Shown piece after piece: positions 48,399 through 59,162 of a DNA stretch of 64,000 nucleotides. The notes under the pieces are model-generated. The model did not search any database. It was not told where the DNA came from and saw only the letters and a list, made by a program, of their open reading frames with translations. Location: NCBI RefSeq assembly GCF_000281045.1, contig NW_008246094.1, positions 227,261-291,260 of the forward strand, in the 5' to 3' direction. Position 1 is the first letter of the stretch, and the number at the start of each line of letters is the position of its first letter. The position numbers and the translations under genes are program-made. Origin of the DNA: Saprolegnia diclina VS20. Taxonomy: Eukaryota.

Positions 48399-49912
48399 AT
48401 GCAGCCGCGGACGAGCGCCCGCGGGGCCGGCGAAGGAACCATCATGAAGCGCCGCCTGCGCGAGGACTCGCTTGCGATGTACTCGAACGTCGTCAAGGGT
48501 TTTGCGCACCTCAACTCGCGCGCGGACTGGGAGACCAAAGCGCACGAGCAGAACGGGCAGCGCCAGACGCAGCGCGTCGTCGGTATGTTGCAGAACCAAG
48601 ACGAGTCGGCGCTGCAGTCGCGCCGCCTCAAGCTCGCCGCCTTGTACAACGCGGAGCTCGAGCAGTGGAAGGCCATGTGTCTGGCCAACGTCGAGACACC
48701 CGAAGAGCGCAAGGCCAAGATGATTGCGCGGGCGACCGAGCTCAAGGCCAAGCGCGAGGCCGCGCGCGTGGCGTACGTCGAGGAGAAGCGCCTGCAACAG
48801 TACCGCGAAGGCTGCGACGACATTCGCACCGTCGACAGCGCGACCGTCATGGCCGAGGTCGTCGCCGAGCGCGAGCGGCAACTCGCAGCGCTAGCCGACC
48901 GTCAAAAGGAAGAGGCCGCGTACGAAGCGCAAATGGCCGCGCTGTGGGCCGAGGACATTGCGAAGAAGGACGCTCGCGAGCGCCGCGACCGCGACCGCAT
49001 CGTCGAAGGCAACGCCGCTGTCAAGGCGATCCTCGACGTCCAGGTACCCCATACACGCAGTACCTCCGCACCCGACAATCAATGCCCTAGGTGGACCACT
49101 TCAAGGCACGCGTCGCCGACGAAACGCGCGTCAAAGAGCAGGAAGACGACGAGCTCTTGCGCGAGTGGGCGCGCCACGCGCAGGTGGAAGCCGAGCTCGA
49201 GGCCGCGCGCCATCGTGACGCGCTCGACCGGGCGCGGGACGTCAAGGCGTTCAACAAGCGGCGCTCCGAGATGAGTCGGCGGGACCTTGACCGCGAGCGC
49301 GACTACGACGCCCAGCTGCTGCATCTCGCGCTGCGCAACGAGGCCGAGGCCGAGCAGCGTGAGAAGGACCAGCAAGAGCGCTTCAAGCAAGACCAGCTGG
49401 CGTACCAAGCGATGCTGCGCCGTCAAATGGAGGCAGAGAAGGAAGATCTCTCGCACCTCGATGTGATCCGCAAGCAGATGGAAGACGAGGTGTGGCGCAA
49501 GCGCGACGAAGAGCACGCGGCCGAACAAGCCGCGCGCGACGAGCTCTTGGCGCACGTCCTCGCCTCGCGCAACGACCAAATGGCGCGCAAAGCCGCGGCG
49601 AAGCGGCAGTCGGCGGCCGACGACGCCGCGTTCATGGCCGCCGTGACGCGCGAAGCCGACGAAGCGCTGCAAAAGGAGCTCGACGAGCAAGAGGTGCGCC
49701 GGCGCGACGCCAAGCGCAACCAAGCCGACCTCGCGACGCAGAAGCAACAAACGCGCGTCCAGAACGAGAGTGCCAAGCAGCGCGAGTTCCTCGACATGAA
49801 GCGCATGGCGCTGGCCGAGAAGACGCACCAGAAGAAGATGGAGGCGCTTTCGCACGTCGACCGGCACGCCAACCACCGGCGAAAGACCGCCGAGTGGTAC
49901 TACGACACCTAA
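48399..49912 (+). CDS. CFAP53: Cilia- and flagella-associated protein 53 (CCDC11; TPH coiled coil)
   Basis: ETPEERKAKMIARATELKAKREAARVAYVEEKRLQQYREGCDDIR fits the CFAP53 pattern; one intron at 49044..49090. Confidence 0.75.
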
Positions 49913-50879
49913 GTGTTTGTATCCTGTGGGTAGGGTTATACGAATACTATCTAACTACGACGTCTTTCAATATATATATACGCGCGCGAGTGTACTCGAT
50001 ACGAAGATGCACACTATTAAATGTCGACACGATCCAACGACAGATGCGGTGGAAGCCACTGTTTTGAAAACGCTGGTTCATACAGTGGATGTGCGGCACC
50101 TTGATAAACGAGTAGGTAGCGCTGTAGACGTACTCGTAGCGGCATGCGACGATGCGCCCAACGTACAGAGCCTGTTACGCACGGTGGTCGTGATCGGACG
50201 TTCGTTGGCGTTGCAGTGCTTGTGCAGAAGCAAATCTTGCCTTCCTTTGGGTACAAGCACTGTTTCTTTGATACCTGTTGATGCGTACACCGTTCAGAGT
50301 TGAACAGCATACACTGTTTAGAAACTGTTGCTCGTTGCTAGTAGTACTGCAGCACGTAGTAGGAAGTCGTTCAAGTAGTTTCGAGAGACTACAAAACATT
50401 TCCTTCCCAATGTCAGATCACATGACATTATGTGCATTTTTGAAACATTTCTATCACACTGTTGGCATTTTTTACATTCTCGAAATTCATTCTAGATCTG
50501 GAGATTTGGGGGCAACTCGGCAAGCCTAGGACACGAAAATTGCTTTGCCCAAACGTACAGTATGAATCACCGACCAACGCAGACGCTCGTCCCACGTATC
50601 TTCTGCAGTCGGAGAAGGTTTTAATATTTGGCTGACGCCATCCAGCGTACTAAGCTCCGTACCGAGCACGCTGGACCACTCACTCGCAGTCACGTTCCGC
50701 AACTGGCCAGTGACAGATGCATCGACTGCTCGAGTGCTCCCCTTCCCCGCGTCGACCAACGCCCGTTCCTGTCGTATCGCTTTCGAAAGTAGTTGTCGTC
50801 GGGTCGTAGATAGAGAAGAGTGCTACACGTAGAGCGTTACTGAGCTCGTAGACAGCTCGAGTGCAGTAGTCGATGCAAG

Positions 50880-51993
50880 CTACGATGCAAGCAGCCGATT
50901 GCACTCGCGCGCCACGTCGGAAACGCTCACGCGGCCTTTCTTGCCAATGTACGTGGCGACGCGCTTCATGTCGTCGTCGTCGACCGCGATGAACTTGCCG
51001 CGGTCGTCCAAGAAGCCCGAGAGCCGACCGGCAGTCAGAAGCGACTGCAACCGCTGCATCGTCGCCGTCGTCGACAGCCCAAAGCGCAACGCGAGGTCTT
51101 CGAGCAGCACCACCTTGTGCGTCTATACAGGCCTGAGCTTTGGCCACCAAACGTCGATCGAACCGCCAAGTAAGCGAGGAAGTCCGAGAGGAGATGCGTC
51201 GACTCGGATAGCTCCACGCGGTCGGACCCGGCGTCGTCGACGGAGAACTGGCCTTTCCACTTGGCCAATTCAGCGGCGTCGCGCGCGGCTTGCACTTGGG
51301 CCGCCTCGGCGGCAGCCATGGCCTAGATGAGGTGGTACGATGCATGCATGAGCTTGCTTGCGTCTACCTCGGCCGCTTCACGGGTCGCTTCGTTTAGCAC
51401 CTTTTTGCGGTAGGCCTAGCATCAAGAAGGGGACGTGGAGGTACTGCGAGAAGAGAGAGATTACGTTGGCTTCTGCGTCTTGGAGCTTGCGCGCTTCGTC
51501 GCGTCGGTACTCGTCAAACTAGAGTAAGAATGACCATGCTGATGCTCGAACGACAGTTAGTACCTTGCGCTGCTGCTCGCGCTCTTGCCGCTTTTGCTCC
51601 TTTTTGATTTCGCGTCGGGTCGTCGGCGGCGGCCTACGCGCAAACTGTGACCGCCTGGACGTCGATGTTGCTCGTACCGCTGGCGATCGCCGCCTCGGGG
51701 CTCGTCTTCCTCGTCCTCGTCCGACGCATCGTCTTCGTCGTCATTGCGCACGTGTCGTCGCCGCTGGCGCAGGCCATTACGACCTTGCTGCTGCTCATGC
51801 TGTCGTCGCCGGGGCTGTCGCCCGTTGGCGTCGTCCTACGCAGGCCCACTCATACGACGCCGCCACTACGGCCGCTCCGTACCGCTATCGCCTCTGCATG
51901 GCCAATGTACCCGACCATGTACAGAATCCAGGCCATGGTCGCGGCGAGGCCGATGGCGCCGACCGCGAGCAGCGCTGCGTCCGACGTCTGCAT
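50880..51993 (-). CDS. DDRGK1: DDRGK domain-containing protein 1 (UFBP1), multi-exon
   Basis: N-terminal TM, charged coiled coil, KWKGQFSVDDAG, VVLLEDLALRFGL, LSGFLDDRGKFI, KGRVSVSD. Confidence 0.93.
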
Positions 51994-53644
51994 TGTGCGA
52001 ACCCTGCGACAATGCATACCTCTCATCATCTGTATGGACGCATTCCCTTTGGCAATCGATACAGAATATCGAGTTTCAAATACAGTGTAGCAATGCTGGA
52101 CGCGAGATTTCGGCGCCGTGTCTCTTTCTCGACGGGAAACGTTTACAGCCGTGCGTCGTGCCACGTGGTGCAGCGTCCGAGCCTCTACCGGGTGGGGCCA
52201 ACGACACCGTTCTGCCCACCGCAAGTGACGGGCCATCCTCAAAGACTCCTTCGTTTCTTCTCTCCTCCGCTACCGACTAAAATACCGACGCACCGGTAGG
52301 ATAGCCTCGCTCGACGCCGCCGTGTCGAAGTCTGGACAAGTCGTCGTTACGCATGCTATCGCTTGCAGGTCTCATGGGACGAGCACCGTCAGTAGGGATG
52401 AGGTGCACCCGAGATGGACTCGACCAGGATGACGACCTACACACACGGCGTGCAAGGTGCGATACCCATCCTGACGATCGGATAAATCCGGGATAATCTT
52501 GAGAGTCACCTCTCGGACGCAAGACAACGTGTATCCTTCTATACTATCTACTTGGAAAAGGACTTGGGCTCAAGGCGGTGTATGCACTCGGGCGCTTGTC
52601 AGGACGGTTGTTGGCGCGTGTTGAAGCAGCCCATGTTGCCGGGCGTTGCCGGTCGAAAGAATGTTCTGAGGCAGGGTCCACCCCATCTGTTTTGTAGGAG
52701 GGGGGCTCACGTACCCACAAGTCACATGGTGATATAGGCCGCTGTTACAGCGCGGCTCGGAGGCCTTCTACGACGCGCTTGGGGCCATTGATGTCGCGAT
52801 GGCAGGCGAGCAAAGGCGCGACAAGCAGCATCCCACGTTGGTCAGCGGATTTGCTGCCGATGCTGACACACTTGCATCAAGTGCTGCTGCCTGACGTCGT
52901 CCAGCACGGGGAACGGTCTCTCGTGCGTTCAGTACAAGTGTAAACGAGGTGCGCCGAACGCACGCAGTTGCGAGTAGCTTGTACCTGCGTCCAAGATGAG
53001 GTTTGACGCGAAGAAGCGCGCCCTATACAGACGCAGAGATGACAACGCTGGACCGTCGTCGTCAAGTAATCGGTAGGACCCCGTACTCGTCGTCGTGGTC
53101 GGTACCTATAAATACAATGCCAAGATCATGGCGGGCCGCAATAAAATACAATAGTATTATTGCGCCGTTTTCGCCCAAATATAAAGCGCATCGCCCTTTC
53201 CTCACTTCGTTTTATACAAAGAACGAACGATTTCAACCGAAGAAAAAAAGATAACGCACCAAAATTAAATTAAATTAAATTCGAACTCGAACAAGGTGAT
53301 GATTCCAACGCAATAAAATACCGGATCAGCCCTCCATGGTCCAAAGATAGGGGCCAATCCGAGAGCGTGAGTAACTGGCGATTAAAATAACCGTGGTACT
53401 TGCGTGTAAAAGACGTGTGAAACGTGCGTTTGCACTTGGCGCGCATACAAATGAGTGCTTTGGGATGTGAAAAACACATTGCTCACGCTGTGAATAAAAT
53501 GCAAGTTGGCCAGAAAGGACGCTACAGCGGAGCCAATCAAGTGCACTCTGGGCCATTTGGCGAAGTCTACCCTCTGTAGAGGCTGCCACCTGGTGGACGT
53601 CGCCGTGGCCTCTGCCTTGAAATTTGAATTGGTCCTGTGAAGAG

Positions 53645-55921
53645 ATGAACGGCTATTCAGGGGTCCTGGACTACACGGGCGTCTTGAGCAATGGCCAAGG
53701 CTCGGGCGCCGGCGTCTCGTCCGGCGGCGGCTCGCGCGGCATGGCGCCGACGAGCAGCTCGGCCGATGTGCACGCCGAGACGCGCCGCCGCTCCAACTCG
53801 ATCGGCGCGCGGAGCTCGTCCAACACGTCCGTCTCGTCGCAGTCGACGTCGTCATTCTCGATGTTCCCAATGGTCGAAAAAATGTACCGCGTGCGCATCA
53901 CCGAAGACATTGAGCGCGATCTGCGCTATCTGGGGCAAAGTCGTGCCGACGCGCTCATCTCGGAGTTTGACATGGTGCCGCTCAAGGACACAAAGGGCAT
54001 CCAGATGTACGAGCTCGCCGAGCAGGAGTTTTACACGATGAAGGCGGTGGTCATGATCCCCAAGTCGTCGATCCACGACGTGATGAACCTCATGGACATG
54101 CCGACGACCGCCAACTTTCGCGATACGATGGGCGACATCTTTGGCCCGCTCTTCCTCGACGGCGTCGTGCTCTACTCGGCACCCAAGGACGTGACGCGCC
54201 CGAACGAGTCGCTCTCGGTCAACTGGATGGCGCTGCAGTCGTCCAAGCCGCATTTGCCGCACCGCGACTATGTCTTCCTCAAGTACGGCGACTGCTTTAG
54301 CCGGTCGAGCGACCAGTACCGCCAGAGCATGGACGATGGCATGGGCAACAACTACGTCGGCGCGTCGATCTGGGAGTCGATCGAGTTTGACGGCTGCGGC
54401 CCGCTGCCCGAATCTCAAAACGTCGTGCGGCTCAAGTTTCGCCGCTGCGGCTTTGTGTTTGAAGAGTCGCAGGCGACCGACCAGCTCCGCGTCTCGTTCT
54501 TTCTCTCCGAGTCGCACCCAGGTCGCGGCATGGTCTCCAACCTCACCAAGGCGTGGATGACCAAGATGCTCATGTGCATTTCCGACATCTCTGGCACGCT
54601 CATCACCAAGCACCTCAGCGAGCAGACGCTGCTCAACAAGAACGAATTCTCCAAGGACGGCCACTGCTGCTTCATCTGCCTCACGAAGTTCACGATGCTG
54701 CGGCGAAAGCAACACTGCCGAATCTGCGGCGACGTCGTCTGTGGCAAGTGCTCCAACATGAAGACTGTGCGCCAGAACGGCCAAAACAAGGAAGTCCGCA
54801 TCTGCCTCCAGTGCACGTCGGCGTCGACCAACTCGATGTCGCGCGGCTCGACGGGCTCGGGCCTCCAGCGCCAAGCGTCCAAGCCGTCCATGCTCTCGTC
54901 GTCCATGTCGTGCTCGAGCGTCGCGTCGTCCGAGTCGGCGTACTCGTACCACGAAGAGGAAGTCTCGGCCGACTTCAACACCAAGCAAGCCAAGCAGCCA
55001 ATCATCATGGAAGAGCGCGAGACGCCGACGCACAACTACTACGCGTCGCAGGCCTCGTACTCGTCGCAGTCGTCGTCGGCGGGCGGCGCCAACGACATGA
55101 TTCTGCTCTCGTCCATTGACACGTCGGCGTCGACGGTCGCGTCGGCCATCTCATCGGGCAGCTCGAGCGACATGGTGATGCTCACCAAGGACAAGCCCGC
55201 GAGCATCCGTGAAAACACTACGTTCTCGTACGCGCTCTCGTACACGTCCCGACAGGAGTGGCCGAAGGCGCCGATGCCCCGCAACGAAGTGCCGCGCCTC
55301 GCCAAGGTCCGGTCGCTGCACCTCACCGACCCGGAGAACCAGTTTCAGGACATGGTCGATGTGGCGGCGACGACTTTGTCGTGCTCGATCGCTGCGATTT
55401 GCGTTATCGGCGACAAGACCGGCTACCTCCTCGCGCGCTTGGGGCTCGCAAAGCGCGAGGTCTCGCGCAACATTCTCTTTGACGCGCACACGATCATGAG
55501 CGCGTCACCGACCGTCGTCCTTGACGCCAAGCAAGACGTCCGGTTCGTCAACAACCCGCTCGTGACGGACGGCAACATCCTCTTTTACGCCGGCGTGCCG
55601 CTCGTGACAAGCGACGGCCACTACGTCGGGTCGTTCTCGGTCGCCGACCAAGTGCCGCGGCAGGAGCTCACGGGCGACCAGCTCATTTTCCTTCAGAATT
55701 TGGCCGACCTCGCGATCCGCGGCATCGAGGCCAACACGGCGCGCATGCTGCGACCGGAGGCAAGCGGCTCGACGCTTGCGGTCACGCCCGAGCCGTCGTA
55801 CGTGCCGCCGCCGCCCGAGATGGACGCGGCGAAAGCGGCGCTCACGATGCAGGAGCTGCTCAAGACGGCGTACGACACGCAGTGCCAAGTGCGCATGCAA
55901 GTGCACAAGGCGGTCGAGTAG
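53645..55921 (+). CDS. START-like + FYVE + GAF domain protein
   Basis: CFICLTKFTMLRRKQHCRICGDVVCGKCS; GAF motif DAKQDVRFVNNPLV...FYAGVPLVTSDG..VGS..VAD..PR. Confidence 0.92.
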   Translation: MNGYSGVLDYTGVLSNGQGSGAGVSSGGGSRGMAPTSSSADVHAETRRRSNSIGARSSSNTSVSSQSTSSFSMFPMVEKMYRVRITEDIERDLRYLGQSRADALISEFDMVPLKDTKGIQMYELAEQEFYTMKAVVMIPKSSIHDVMNLMDMPTTANFRDTMGDIFGPLFLDGVVLYSAPKDVTRPNESLSVNWMALQSSKPHLPHRDYVFLKYGDCFSRSSDQYRQSMDDGMGNNYVGASIWESIEFDGCGPLPESQNVVRLKFRRCGFVFEESQATDQLRVSFFLSESHPGRGMVSNLTKAWMTKMLMCISDISGTLITKHLSEQTLLNKNEFSKDGHCCFICLTKFTMLRRKQHCRICGDVVCGKCSNMKTVRQNGQNKEVRICLQCTSASTNSMSRGSTGSGLQRQASKPSMLSSSMSCSSVASSESAYSYHEEEVSADFNTKQAKQPIIMEERETPTHNYYASQASYSSQSSSAGGANDMILLSSIDTSASTVASAISSGSSSDMVMLTKDKPASIRENTTFSYALSYTSRQEWPKAPMPRNEVPRLAKVRSLHLTDPENQFQDMVDVAATTLSCSIAAICVIGDKTGYLLARLGLAKREVSRNILFDAHTIMSASPTVVLDAKQDVRFVNNPLVTDGNILFYAGVPLVTSDGHYVGSFSVADQVPRQELTGDQLIFLQNLADLAIRGIEANTARMLRPEASGSTLAVTPEPSYVPPPPEMDAAKAALTMQELLKTAYDTQCQVRMQVHKAVE

Positions 55922-56516
55922 AAGAGAGCACGACGACAAATAGGATGATCCGAAGAAGACGACGATATGGCCTTTATACCCCACGACGCACGCAGTCGTA
56001 GTTCTACCTCGCCTCTCACCACCTCGTACTTATTGGCGTAAATTAAGTGTGTATAAATTGATTCGAATTTGCACAACAGCCATGACGATGGACTCTACCG
56101 CCAGCGACGCACTGCTCGGCGTGACCACGGCGCGTGTTGACTTCGATGGCAGCGACGATACGACTTGCACTTTCGGCAGATGACGGTGCAGGAGCGGACA
56201 AGACAACGGGAACGTTCGTAGCCCCAAGGGTCGAGACGCAACGTCATGTTGCCACGAGGTAGAGTCGACACGCGTGACTACTCTAAGCCCCATTGCTTGA
56301 CCAAGGGCCCGTCGATGCTACAAAGTACTCACATCGCCTTGCTTCACGTATACAGCACGGGATGTATGGCCTTTGACAGGGTCGGTGGACTTTGCCCTTT
56401 GAGATTGCACTTGCCGCCTCGAGACGATGAGATGCCCAAATAACATGTATTAACGCTCGGCAGCGCGCATGAGTACGCGTGGCTAGCCGTCGCTGCTGTC
56501 GTCGTGGGTCGAATGT

Positions 56517-56897
56517 TTACTTTTCGTCGTGGTTGGTGTCGATGCCCGCAAAGAAGTTGTCCAGGCCTTCCTCAAAGTCGTCGTACACGACGTTCTTCTC
56601 GTTCTGGAGCTTGACGCCGCTGTCGAGGAGCGTAAGCAAGTGCGACTTCTGTTTCCACTGCATCAAGGTCTCCTCGAGCTCCATGTTGGCCTTGCTAATG
56701 AGCATGTCGATCACGCGCGGGTCCTTGATCTCGGCGTGCTTGCGGAAGAAGGCTTGGACCGCGAGGCGGGCTTCCCGCGGCTCCATGTTGATGTCATAGA
56801 GCGTCAAAACGCGCGGGACCTGCTTGGTGATATGACGGTAGAGCGTCACGGCAGGGTTCGTGCCCACGAGCTTGCTCCCCGTCAACCGCAGAGCCAT
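56517..56897 (-). CDS. NDUFA6: NADH dehydrogenase 1 alpha subcomplex subunit 6 (LYR family, B14)
   Basis: LYR motif; DPRVIDMLISKANMELEETLMQWKQKSHL; terminal DNFFAG. Confidence 0.93.
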   Translation of the reverse strand: MALRLTGSKLVGTNPAVTLYRHITKQVPRVLTLYDINMEPREARLAVQAFFRKHAEIKDPRVIDMLISKANMELEETLMQWKQKSHLLTLLDSGVKLQNEKNVVYDDFEEGLDNFFAGIDTNHDEK

Positions 56898-57514
56898 GGC
56901 CAGCCAGACAAAATAAGTACTGAGGGTGTGGTGACTGTATTGCCTCGACTATTTTAAATCCCATCGCGCCAACAAGAAATAATGCATACTTTATTCAAGT
57001 GATATGACGGCATTTGGATTATTAATATGTTTACAGTTTTATTACGCTATTTGTGATTTTATAAATCGTGTGAGCAACGACGCCCACTCGGAAACATAGC
57101 TTTTAAAATACGTGCTTGTCACTATGTACAAATGGCAGAAAGCAAAAAAGGTTGCATTCACACACCATATGCGTGACAACAAATAGTATAAACGCCAAAG
57201 ATCGGTGCTGATCATGTGCGGTTGCCTTCACAGGCTTCAGTTCTTTTATTCGTTCTTTTATTCAGTCGCGTCCATGGCATACCACAACCACGGAATCGGC
57301 GGCCTCCATGCAGCGTATCCCCGTTACACTGTACTTGAGTGACGTCTATCAATCTACTTTGCGATGTCTGGGCCGTGGTCAGCCCACGCTCTATCTTCCT
57401 CCACGCCCTTAAAAGACCGACTGTGGAATAAAAGAAACGTATTAAAAGAAAGTGCAACTCCAAACGGCAAGATCGTCACTGGCGTCGTCAGTCGTCAATT
57501 CGAGCAGTACTACG

Positions 57515-58879
57515 ATGAGCCTGCTCGAGCGCCTCTCGGAGGAGGTCCGCGCCATCAAAGCCGCGGGCACATACAAGACGGAGCGGGTCATTTCTTCTGC
57601 GCAAGGCGCCACCATCACGGTCAACGGACGCCACGTGCTCAACTTTTGCGCCAACAACTACCTCGGGCTCAGCAACGACCCCGAGGTCGTGGCCGCGGCG
57701 AAAGCGGCGCTTGACTCGCACGGCTTTGGCCTGAGCTCCGTGCGCTTCATCTGCGGCACGCAGGACATCCACAAACAGCTCGAGGCTGCGATCGCTGCCT
57801 TCCACGGCACGGACGACGCGATCCTCTTCCCATCGTGCTTTGATGCGAACGCCGGCCTCTTCGAAGCCATTTTGGGCCCGGACGACGCCGTCATCTCGGA
57901 CGAGCTCAACCACGCGAGCATCATCGATGGCATCCGCCTCTGCAAAGCGCAGCGCTTCCGTTTCAAGCATATGGACCTCGCCGACCTCGAGGCGCAGCTC
58001 GTAGCGACGCAGCACTGCCGCACGCGCCTCATTGCGACCGACGGCGCCTTCTCCATGGACGGTGACGTGGCGCCGCTCCAAGGCATCTGCGATCTCGCCG
58101 ACAAGTGCGAGATTCTGTTTTCGAATCCAGCGTTTCGACTGTTGTTTGATATAGGTACAAGGCGCACGTGTTTATCGACGAGTGCCACGCGACGGGCTTC
58201 TTTGGTGCGACGGGCCGCGGCAGCGACGAGTACTGCGGCGTGCGCGGCCGCATCGACGTACGGCATCTTGGCTTTGTATCAACTTATCGAGTATAGATTA
58301 TCAACTCGACGTTGGGCAAGGCGCTCGGTGGCGGCACAGGCGGCTACACGACGGGCCGCCAAGCCGTCATCGACCTCCTCCGGCAGCGCGCGCGGCCGTA
58401 CCTCTTCTCCAACTCGGTCGCACCGGCCGTTGTCGGCGCCTCGCTCAAGGTCTTCGAGATCCTCACGCGGTCCAGCGCCTATGTGGAGAAGATCCGCGCC
58501 AACACACACCGCTTCCGCGACCGCATGACTGCCGCTGGATTTACCCTCACGGGTGCTCGGTGCGACGCCAACTTTGAATCTTTCAACTTTAGCAACGAGT
58601 AGCGACCACCCGATCGTGGCTGTGATGCTCGGCGACGCCCGTGCCGCTACCGACTTGGCCGACCGCTTGCTGGACCAAGGCATCTACGTCATCGGCTTCA
58701 GCTTCCCGGTGCGTTCTTCGCGTCTCCACTGTGTCGTTTGCGATAGTTTAACGTGGTACTAGGTCGTCCCGAAAGGCAAGGCCCGCATCCGCGTCCAGCT
58801 CTCGGCCGCCCACTCGCTCGACGACGTCGACAAGTGCGTTGACGCGTTCATCGCTGCTGCCCAGAACGCCAAGCTCTAA
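57515..58879 (+). CDS. GCAT: 2-amino-3-ketobutyrate CoA ligase (glycine C-acetyltransferase), multi-exon
   Basis: [54 protein letters not shown] (PLP lysine), [23 protein letters not shown]. Confidence 0.96.
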
Positions 58880-59162
58880 GACAGTCGCCTCCTGTCGATG
58901 CAGGTAATGAGAAAGTCAAAAGACCAAACTGTTGCAGTGTCCCAGCACCGACCCGCACGATGGACCTTTGGCACCTATGGCAGGGACACCGAAGGTCCTC
59001 TGCCGGCTCTACCTTCCTTGGGGCTCATGAGCATGCGTACCGGTGAGTGCTTGTGCATGACAACTCGCATCGAATGCAGGAGGCATGGTGTTGTATCCGT
59101 GACGTATATTGTCTTGGGCTATCAATGTACTATCGATTTCCCACGGAACCCGTCGGAAAGAC

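Noticed and set aside
49950..50180. Minus-strand exon-like frame (ALYVGRIVACRYEYVYSATYSFIKVPH...)
   Set aside because: No start codon, partner exon or recognisable motif; insufficient support.
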